64,000 nt of DNA from an uncultured Nitrospinota bacterium (GTDB taxonomy: Bacteria; Tectomicrobia; Entotheonellia; J063; CAVPRW01), in the NCBI GenBank assembly GCA_963707985.1, contig CAVPRW010000031.1, forward strand, positions 1 to 64,000. The letters run 5' to 3'. Under the pieces are notes generated by a model, which saw nothing but the letters and a program-made list of their open reading frames with translations, was not told the origin of the DNA and ran no database searches. The position numbers and the translations under genes are program-made. Below are positions 33,154 to 41,182 of this stretch, one piece after another. Numbering within the stretch: the first letter of the stretch is position 1; each line of letters begins with the position of its first letter.

Positions 33154-33872
33154 ATGACTTCCCCCTCGGATGGGATTGTACAGCAAATGCAGCAGGACTT
33201 CCAAGCCCTGGTCACATACGAGACCATTACAAAGTGGGGGCTGCTACGGTCTGCAGAGGACTCGCCTACGGCCGTGATCCCTGCTACACTCGCCAGGCAT
33301 GCGTACAGCCACACCTTCTCCCGAAGTCTACCAACTCCACGTCTGGGTGCGCGAGATGAGTCCGATGATCTGGCGGCGGCTCCTGGTCCGCAGTGACAGC
33401 ACGATTGGCGACTTGCACGATACGCTCCAAATGGGCCGCGGAATGAGGGATTACCCCGTGGGTGACCGCGGTGGAGGCGAAGCGGCCCCAACTCATCTCT
33501 CGCGTGGAGAGTGCCCGCCTCCCCTCGACCTCCAACGCGGTGGAACGCTTCTTCCGGTCTTTCCGGCGCTTTTCCTGCACGCGTGGGGGCTTTCACTCGG
33601 TGCTCAGTGCCACACGCGAGTTGCTGCTCTTTCTCGTCGTCTATCGGTTCACACAGCACGCGACCACGGGCCAAGCCCCCATCGAAGTCATCGTGTCCGA
33701 GGCACGGTCCATGCCCCTATACCGTGTGATCAACGACCATTTCCGGGCGCTCCAGGAGCGGGCAGATGTCAAGCCAGAAGCCTCCATGGCAGATTTCCTC
33801 AGGCCCCAGGCGGCTGGAGCCTCGATGGAGTGCGGACATACCAGGCAACGCTTACCGGGAAGAGACGGGTAG
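33154..33872 (+). pseudogene. Mosaic of decayed fragments: ISKra4-like transposase N-terminus, pRiA4b ORF3-like fragment, DDE transposase C-terminus
   Basis: MTSPSDGIVQQMQQDFQALVTY; YQLHVW...PMIWRRLLVRSDSTIGDLHDTLQ; LPSTSNAVERFFR. Confidence 0.55.
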
Positions 33873-33929
33873 CGGACGAAAAAAGCACTTGACATCGGCC
33901 GCTCGTGATGCGATCTTGCGGCTCGATGT

Positions 33930-34097
33930 TTGAGGTGTTGCTGCTATATGGGTGTATTCTACGGGAAGAGGGTGCAATTCCCTCGCGGGCGCGCCACTGT
34001 GATCGGGGACGAAAGCCAACAGGACCAGCCACTGGCGGGCACACTGCTAGGAAGGCGTTGGCGAGTAGGATGATCCGTCAGTCAGGAGACCGGCCTA
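33930..34097 (+). promoter_or_regulatory. Cobalamin (B12) riboswitch
   Basis: Motifs in the expected order: GGGAA-GGTGCAATTCC-CGCCACTGTGA-GCCACTG-GGAAGG-AGTCAGGAGACCGGCC (B12 box); bluB-like gene downstream. Confidence 0.92.
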
Positions 34098-34156
34098 TAT
34101 AGCCCTGGCGAACACTCCTTCGCGGGTCGAGGAGCGTGCTGCATGGCTATATCATG

Positions 34157-34192
34157 AAACCCTCACCAAGTCCTGCGGTGGGGGTTTTTTGT
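34157..34192 (+). terminator. Intrinsic terminator of the riboswitch expression platform
   Basis: AAACCCTCACC..GGTGGGGGTTT stem followed by a T-tract. Confidence 0.7.
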
Positions 34193-34269
34193 TGCCTGCT
34201 CCACACGCAGCGAGGTGCTACAGGACATCGACCCACGGTTGACATGAAGCACCCTTCCTGGGCTAGACG

Positions 34270-34480
34270 ATGACGGAGCGCTTCGCAGACCTGATAGATC
34301 GGACATTCAGCGCAACGGAACGAGAAATCATCTACCGGTTCATCCGCAGCCGGCGGGATATTCGCCAGTTCGCCCCCGATCCAATTCCGCCGGAAACGCT
34401 CCTGCGCATCCTCAAGGCGGCACATCACGGGCCCTCGGTGGCTTCATGCAACCCTGGAATTTCCTGCTCATCACCTCTCC
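34270..34480 (+). pseudogene. bluB: 5,6-dimethylbenzimidazole synthase, 5' fragment only
   Basis: FSATEREIIYRFIRSRRDIRQF.PDPIP..LLRILKAAHHGPSV, then (shifted frame) GFMQPWNF; remainder absent. Confidence 0.7.
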
Positions 34481-34507
34481 CGCACTTGCACATCATGGAG
34501 GGCTGTA

Positions 34508-35383
34508 ATGATCGCTGACAGACGATGGAGATGCAAGCGTCATGAACGTACGTTGCTGCAGCTGCTGCGTGGGATCTGGCTGGTGGGTGTGAGCATTGCC
34601 CTGCAGGTGGACATGGGTGAAGCGAAAAGGCCCTTTCTCACCGAGGATACCGACACTGTTCCCGTGGGGAGCTTTGAACTGGAGGTGGCTTCCACCCTGG
34701 CGTTTGATGGATCAAACCGCCAGCTCCTGTTTCCCGTGTGGGGGCTAAAGGCCGGTGTGGCGGACCGTGTGGACGTGGGTCTGGAGGGGGGGTATCAGTT
34801 CGTCAGGATCGAGGGGGTCCATGAAGCCGGCTTCACGGATACATTGCTTAAAGCGAAAGTGCGGTTCTACGACGGCTCGGAGACTCTCCCCTCGATCGGC
34901 ACTTCCGTCGGCCTGGTCTTGCCGACGGCTGACCGCGCCATCAACCCCAGTGGAGACCTCGGATTGGTGGCGCTCGCCCTGATCCAAGGTGATTTACAGC
35001 GGTTCACCTATTTTGTGAATCTGGGAGTGGCCCCTATCGGGAACCCACTGGAGCAGCTCAACCAGTTAGATGAAAACCTGGTATGGGGGGTCGGCTTTGA
35101 GATCCCTGTGCGGCAGAACATCTCGCTCGCTCTTGACTTTCCTGGGGCAACCCTGGAGGACAATGGTGTCGCCCAGAGCAGTCGTTTCGGGGGGATTTGG
35201 CAAAGCCCGTGGCAGATCGATTTCGACTTCGCGGTTTTCGTCGGGATGACCCGCAGCGCCGATAATTTCGGTTTCACGATGGGGCTGACCTATCAGTTCC
35301 CGGTGTTCGGCGGTGGCAAACCACAGCAAGCGTCGCGTCGGGCCTCCAACAAGAGCCTGAGCGCCCTACATGCGAGACCATGA
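34508..35383 (+). CDS. Putative outer-membrane beta-barrel channel (phenol MetA-pathway/COG4313-like)
   Basis: Signal peptide; RPFLTEDTDTV..G.FELE; GFTDTLLKAKVRF; amphipathic strands ending GLTYQF. Confidence 0.6.
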   Translation: MIADRRWRCKRHERTLLQLLRGIWLVGVSIALQVDMGEAKRPFLTEDTDTVPVGSFELEVASTLAFDGSNRQLLFPVWGLKAGVADRVDVGLEGGYQFVRIEGVHEAGFTDTLLKAKVRFYDGSETLPSIGTSVGLVLPTADRAINPSGDLGLVALALIQGDLQRFTYFVNLGVAPIGNPLEQLNQLDENLVWGVGFEIPVRQNISLALDFPGATLEDNGVAQSSRFGGIWQSPWQIDFDFAVFVGMTRSADNFGFTMGLTYQFPVFGGGKPQQASRRASNKSLSALHARP

Positions 35384-35535
35384 AACCATCAAAAAGCTGG
35401 GGGGCAGGCCGCGAGAGGCTCCTGTGGGTCCCGAAAACTCGTCGCCACGAGCATCCGGCAGCGGCACGTCGGCACGATTGCGAGCCGGCCGCTCCATGCG
35501 TGCGAGCCGCGAGTGCGACACGAGGTCGCATAGGT

Positions 35536-35736
35536 GGTTCGAAGCGAACAAAGGTATCAAAAGTTTCACAGGACTTCTCTATTATCAATCGTATCAATAA
35601 GTTGTGAGATTGTAACTCTTGGGTTTCGTCGCGTTTCCATCGCAATTTTGGGAAGCCCATCTTCTCCACAACTCATTGTAAAATATGATATTTGAAAAAG
35701 CCGTGAAACTTTTGGTACCTTTGTTCGCTTCAACCC
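35536..35736. repeat. 201-bp MITE-like element, copy 2
   Basis: Direct repeat of 30368-30568. Confidence 0.85.
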
Positions 35737-35839
35737 AGCGTTCTAGGGCTTGCTCCAATAGGGGGATGGCTTGATCATAGTGCGCTTGATTGGCATAGAG
35801 TACGGCTAGGTCATTGAGGCTGGTGGCGACGTGTGGCAC
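35737..35839 (-). pseudogene. Single kinesin-light-chain-type TPR fragment
   Basis: PHVATSLNDLAVLYANQAHYDQAIPLLEQALE, cut off by the MITE. Confidence 0.65.
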
Positions 35840-35989
35840 ATTCTTACGTTACAAGGCCTCGCGGCAAGCTTTCGGGGAGGACTCCGCCATGCCTACTCAC
35901 ATACCGCGGGCCACTGGGTTTTTGCCCTGAGGCAGGCCTCGGGGACAGGATAGCCGTCTGGTCAAACAAGGCCATCCAGCCCTGTTGAG

Positions 35990-36116
35990 CTCGGGCCAGG
36001 CGGAAGCCAAGGTTGTCGTTGCGGTTGCCTGGGTCGTTCGCGTTGCGCTGGGCAGAACGCAAGTTCCTGCCGTCGTTGATCCAGCTGCCGCCACGCAGCA
36101 CACGCTTCTCGCCGTT
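35990..36116 (-). ncRNA. DGR template repeat (TR)
   Basis: 127-bp copy of the target 3' end; 28 adenines and 8 AAC codons on the sense strand; differs from VR only at adenines. Confidence 0.95.
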
Positions 36117-36156
36117 TGCTGACGGCTATCCGCCACGAGTGTAACCGAGTTGGCGC

Positions 36157-37164
36157 TTAGATATCAAGTGCGGGGTAGCGCTGAAGATTTTGCCGCCGCC
36201 AATTGTGGCTATCACCCGGCAAGGTAATCGCATGCACAGCGTCATACGCTCTCTGTAACGTCAAGGCATCAATGCGGCCCTGAGCATAAGCGCGTTCCCA
36301 CTCTTGGCGCAGCTGCTGATAGCGCCGGCGGCGCCGACGTGAGAGCTTGAGCTGACCGGGTGTTATACGGGAGCCACAAAAGCTGACGCCCTGATCACTG
36401 CGATTCATCTGCATCGTGGCTTTGACGGTCAGCAGACGCTCGCGGCTGGCGTAGTCACAGACGTGGGCTAACGTTTGACGCGCCTGGGCTCGACTGTGAC
36501 ACCACCAGATGACATCATCCATGTAGCGGACGTGGGCACAGCAGTGTAGCTGTTCGAGAATATACCGGTCGAGCCCATCGAGGTAATAATTGGCAAAGTA
36601 CTGCGACGTGAGTGCGCCAATCGGCAGTCCTTTGCCAGGCGTGACGTGAAAACAGCCGATGAGACGCCTGAGTAAGGCCAGAAAATCCTGGCCTTTGAAA
36701 CGACGTTGCAGCAGCGCATACAAGCGTTCGTGATCGATCGTATCGAAATAGTGCTGGATATCGATTTTGACGTACCATGGAAAGCGGCGCAGATAGCGCT
36801 GCACGTGCAAGACGGCAGCGTGATTGCCCATCCGCTTGCGGCAAGCAAAGGTGGTCGGGGTTAACGCCCGCTCCAATACCGGGCCAGCATAATGCATCAC
36901 GGCATGGTGAAAGATGCGGTCCTCAAAACACGCGGCATGGATGATACGAGGTTTCGGATCGCGGATGGCAAATTGACGAAATCGACCATACGGCATGCGA
37001 GACTCGCGAATGTCCTGTGCGAGCTGGTTGAGGTGGGTATCAAAACGCTGGAAAAAGCGTTGAATATCCGTGCGGTCGCGCTTGGCTCTGGCGGCTTGCT
37101 GAGCGGCTCGCGCCAGATTGTCAAAAGCGGCGATATCTTCCAGGGTTATCGACACACGCTTCAT
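36157..37164 (-). CDS. DGR reverse transcriptase
   Basis: PKPRII..DRIFHHA, KIDIQHYFDTIDH, GLPIGALTSQYFAN (DGR-type SQ motif), RYMDD; 335 aa with no maturase or endonuclease tail. Confidence 0.95.
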   Translation of the reverse strand: MKRVSITLEDIAAFDNLARAAQQAARAKRDRTDIQRFFQRFDTHLNQLAQDIRESRMPYGRFRQFAIRDPKPRIIHAACFEDRIFHHAVMHYAGPVLERALTPTTFACRKRMGNHAAVLHVQRYLRRFPWYVKIDIQHYFDTIDHERLYALLQRRFKGQDFLALLRRLIGCFHVTPGKGLPIGALTSQYFANYYLDGLDRYILEQLHCCAHVRYMDDVIWWCHSRAQARQTLAHVCDYASRERLLTVKATMQMNRSDQGVSFCGSRITPGQLKLSRRRRRRYQQLRQEWERAYAQGRIDALTLQRAYDAVHAITLPGDSHNWRRQNLQRYPALDI

Positions 37165-37655
37165 GACGTTGAAGCCTCATTGGTGCCATTGCTGCCCGTT
37201 CCTGGGGCATGAACCGCCGCGCTGAGTAACAAGTTGAGAAATGCCTCACCATATTTCTCAAGGCGCGCTGGCCCCACGCCATCAAGAGCGGCGAGTTCGG
37301 CTTGTGTCGTGACGCGCTGTTGTGCCATCTGTGCCAATTGCTCGTTGGTAAATAAAGCATAGGCGGGAACGCCCTCCTGCTCGGCCAGCTTTTTGCGCAA
37401 GTCTCGCAGCTTGGCGAACAGGGCAAAATCGGCCTCATTGAGCACCTCCCGGAAATCGACGCGGCCCTTTCGAGGCGAGAGTGGACCCGCGTGCTTCTCG
37501 ACATAACACACGCAGAGGGCCCAGTAGCTGCGCTCACCGTCCTGGACAAACTGCTTCTCGATGCTGATCACACGATGCTCCGCGCAAAACCGATTTATGT
37601 CTTCCTGCATGTCGTCCGGCATCATGGCCGGAATACTGAAAAACCGATAGCGCAT
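37161..37655 (-). CDS. DGR accessory protein with HRDC domain
   Basis: LFAKLRDLRKKLAEQEGVPAYALFTNEQLAQMA...LDGVGPARLEKYGEAFL; ATGA overlap with the RT start. Confidence 0.9.
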   Translation of the reverse strand: MRYRFFSIPAMMPDDMQEDINRFCAEHRVISIEKQFVQDGERSYWALCVCYVEKHAGPLSPRKGRVDFREVLNEADFALFAKLRDLRKKLAEQEGVPAYALFTNEQLAQMAQQRVTTQAELAALDGVGPARLEKYGEAFLNLLLSAAVHAPGTGSNGTNEASTS

Positions 37656-37738
37656 GTCATCGACCTCCCACGAAACCGAGCACGCCATGCCTGACCGACT
37701 CCGCTCCGCTCTGTCTGTCCGGCATCGCTCGCTCTCCT

Positions 37739-40623
37739 CTATTTCCTCACCTCCGGCTCGGATTCGGACTGGCTGCCTGTTTGACCTCGGGCCAGGCGGA
37801 AGCCAAGGTCGACGTTGCGGTAGCCTGGGTCGATCGCGCTGCGCCGGGCAGAACGCAAGTACCCGCCGTCGAAGATCCAGCCGCCGCCACGCAGCACACG
37901 CCCCTCGCCGCCATTGGAGGACGCGCATTGGCGCTCGCTGCCATCGTATGACTGGCTATACTTCGAGCAGGTCCACTCCCACACATTGCCCGCCGTGTCG
38001 TGCAAACCGAACTTGTTCGCCTTGAACGAGCCCACCGGCGCCGTTTGTTTGTTATCCCACTGGCTGCCGCATCCAGCGCAATTGGCATTGTTCCTGCCCA
38101 GCTCATCTCCCCACCAATACCGGGTCGTGGTCTGTGCACGAGCCGCGTATTCCCATTCCGCCTCCGTCGGCAAGCGATAGTGTCGCCCGGTCACCTTCGA
38201 CAGCCACTCCGCGTAGGCAACGGCATCTTCCCAGGAGACATTGATCACCGGCCGCCTGCCCCGGCCCCAACCCTGATCGCCTGGCTTCCCGCGCCCTGTG
38301 ACATTTGCAAACTGGTCGTATTCGTCGAAAGTGACCTCATACTTGCCGATCCAGAATGATTCTATCGTGACTTCGCGCGGGGGCATCTCGTCCGGTCCGG
38401 CATCAGGATCGTCCTTCCTCGAGCCCATCAAGAACGTCCCTGCCGGGACCTCAGTCATCTCAGGTTCGACGACGGAGTGAAGCCCGAGTTCAAACGCTAG
38501 TACATCGAGCGCTTCCCCCGGCGTCAAATTCTTGCTATTTGACCACAAAAAGAACGCGCCTACCAACGTGACGACCGCCAGGCCCGCCGCGAGCGATGCG
38601 GACCGCAACGCACTTCGTCTCCGACTGCGGCGCAAAAATTTCTGCTCGGACTCGCCCAGCGTCGGCTGCAGCCGCTTCCGCATCGCCTGGGCCTGGCGCC
38701 AACGGGCACGCGGCCAGAGAAAAGTGCCCGAGCGGTTGTGCTGTACCCATTCGGCCGTGGCCTGCCCCAATTGTTTGAGCAGTTTGAGGTCGTCGGCAGT
38801 CTTGTCGATCCAATCCACCAGACGCGGCCAGTGTCTGAGCAGGGCTTCGTGGGCGACTTCAACCACCGGTGCACCGTCATTTTCCCGATCCTGGATCAGC
38901 AATCGGGCGTCGGTAAACGCCGTCACCAACCGTGCCGCCGCCGGGGTCGGGGTGATGTCGCTCAGCGGCGCCCGGCGCCGCACCGCCACCCAATGGTCCT
39001 TGGCTTCCTCCAACTCCAGCAAGCCCCGGAACACACGATCCAGGGTCGTCCGGGCCTCGGCATCCAGGCGGGTGAACGTGCTCTCGGCGCGTTGGCTGAT
39101 CGCGCCCTTGACCCCGCCAAACCCCTGGTAGGCCGCGTGGGTAAGCTCGGAGTCGGCGCGGCCCGCTTCGTAGAGCTCCGACAGGGCAAAAGCCATCAGC
39201 GGCAGCGCGCCGGGCTCGTTGCCGGTTTCGTCCACGATCCGCTGCGCCAACCCTGCCTCGAAGGTGAGGCCGGCCCGCGCCGCTGGCCGGTCGATCATCT
39301 CGAAAAGCGCCCCGACACCCGGAGCAGACAGGGGGTAGGTGCCTGCGCGCAACAGCTCGGCCAGCACCGGCTGCTCCACGCAATAGTGGTAGAAGTCGGC
39401 CCGCAGCGTGGCCACGAGGCGCAGCCGCGGCGTTTTGACGGCCTGTTCGAGCAGGTCGATGAAGGGGCCACGGTACGTGGCGTCAACCACCGTGAACAGC
39501 TCCTCGAACTGATCAACGAAGAGCAGCATCTCGACCCAGTCCGGCCGGCCGTCGAGGGCCAGACCGATCAGCTCGGCGATCGCCTCCGGGTGGTCTTGCA
39601 GCGTCATGGCCTCGTCGCGGACGGTGCGTCCCTGCTCTTCCAGCAGCGCTTTGAAGCCCGAGCACAGGGCCATCAACGGGTTGTCCCCGAGCTCGCCCGG
39701 CGTGAAACGCACCTGACCCAGTCGCGGCTGCCGGGGATCGCGTTGTCCGCGAGCCGCGGCAGCAGACCGGCGGCGACCAGCGACGACTTGCCCGAACCCG
39801 AGGCCCCTACGACGACGGTGAAACGCTCGCCCTTGGCCAGCCTGGCGACCAAGCCGTCGGTCTCGCGACCGCGTCCGAAAAAGATGGGGGCATCTTTCGC
39901 GCCGAACGCCCGCAACCCGGGGAACGGCGAGCCGTCCCACAGCGGCGGCTCGGGAGCAGTGGACGCTGGGGCTTCAGCGGCCGGCAGCGCTTTGGCTTCG
40001 TGCTCTTGGAGCAATCGCGCAATCCGATCCTGGAGATGCAGAGCCAGGTCTTTTTCGAACGTGTCCGGGGTATCGTAGGAGTTGTAGCCGCCACTGATCG
40101 AGCCGTCCGGATTGCGGAAAGCGGCGAAGAAGCTCTCCACCAGCTTCCATTGCCGAAGCTTCTCGTCTGTTTCCGGGTCCGACAGGCCGATAGTGGGCTC
40201 TTCGGTACGGCGGTAGACCAGCACGTACGGACGGCCGTCCTGTTTGGCCGCTCGCAGCGCATCCCAATACTCCCACTCGGTGCCCGAGCGATAACGGCTG
40301 CCGTCGGGTTTAACGTACTCGGCAGGCAGCGGGGTCCCCATCCGGGACCAGAAGATCACGATAACGACGTCGCACGCGGATGGCTTGGGCAAACCGTCCG
40401 CAATGGCTTGCTGGGGTGTCTTGCTCGCCAGCATCGGCGTTCCGGCGCCGGGTTTGTCCCAGGCGACGGTTTCCACCGTGATCTTGCCGCGCAGCAGCGG
40501 GTTGTATTGGAGGTCTTCCAGGGTTTTGAGGGCCCGCGCGCGCTCGTCGACCACGTCGCCGGGGGAAGCGAGAAATACTTTGACCGTTAGTGGTGGTCGG
40601 TTTCCGGATGATGCCGAGGACAT
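37739..40623 (-). CDS. DGR target: DUF4062-like domain + nSTAND1-type NTPase + TM helix + FGE-sulfatase (CLec-fold) domain; one frameshift near 39715
   Basis: VFLASPGDV..ER..WSRMGTP..SGTEWEY; PFPGLRAF..FFGR..GASGSGKSSL; LLFVDQFEELF; GALPLMAF; EVAHEALLRHWPRL; TM LAAGLAVVTLVGAFFLW; RLPTEAEWEYAAR, GNVWEW, RVLRGG.W..GFRLAR. Confidence 0.9.
37786..37912 (-). repeat. DGR variable repeat (VR)
   Basis: 112/127 identical to TR, ungapped; all 15 differences at TR adenines. Confidence 0.95.
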
Positions 40624-40729
40624 ATGGGCACCTCGCAAGGAGTGAAGTGACATCTTCTCACATTCCACCCAATTTAGTGGTAAACAGATGGTCTCACAGC
40701 CTGAGGGCGACTGACCCCCTGATTTAGCG

Positions 40730-41156
40730 TCTCGGGACGCTCGCACGCCAGCCGCACCACATGGATCGCGACTGCGGGGGGCAAAGACGCCCTTGGCACC
40801 ACGACCAGGGGTGTCCACCAGACCATTGCGGCGCTCGGCCAGCAAGCGCCTCGCCCACGTGCGAACGACGGTCCGTTGGACGCCGACGGCTTCCGCCACC
40901 TGAGATTGCGCATGGCCAGCGGCCAGCAATCAGGATAATCCGCCCCGTCGGACCAGCCCGGCGGCAAGGGTGGCCGACCGTTGCCAGTGGTCCAAGGTCT
41001 GACGCTCTGCGGGGGATAGGACCATGCGTCATGAGGACTTCCGGCCACGTGCCATCGCGATCTCCTCCCAGGAATGTGGTGAGGGTTGCAGAGGAGATAC
41101 CGGCACGCTCCCTCAAAGTCAAACCAATTTGAATAGTTTTTCATGACGAGCTGTAC
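40730..41156 (-). mobile_element. IS630-family element, 5' end (HTH transposase fragment plus IR)
   Basis: ..LAAGHAQSQVAEAVGVQRTVVRTW..GL.D.PGRG..VAIHVVRLACERP; IR ends ..CATGACGAGCTGTAC at 41156, followed by TAA. Confidence 0.85.
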
Positions 41157-41182
41157 TAAGGGACTCTGCACGTGCTACATGC

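Noticed and set aside
30208..35669. Duplicated ORFs starting MEKMGFPKLRW (30208-30501 and 35274-35669)
   Set aside because: The shared N-termini are just translations of the 201-bp repeat, and they diverge exactly at its boundary.
35844..36101. 85-aa ORF as a second FGE-domain gene
   Set aside because: It is the TR read in the target's frame; AAC-rich and lacking the rest of the domain.
36157..37164. RT as a group II intron, retron or Abi RT
   Set aside because: Short, with no maturase/endonuclease domain and no retron VTG motif; it has the DGR-type SQ motif and an adjacent TR/VR pair.
39673..40929. Transposase HTH fused to DUF4062 as one 418-aa protein
   Set aside because: Chance open frame across the IS remnant; the target has its own GAGGTG RBS and ATG at 40623.
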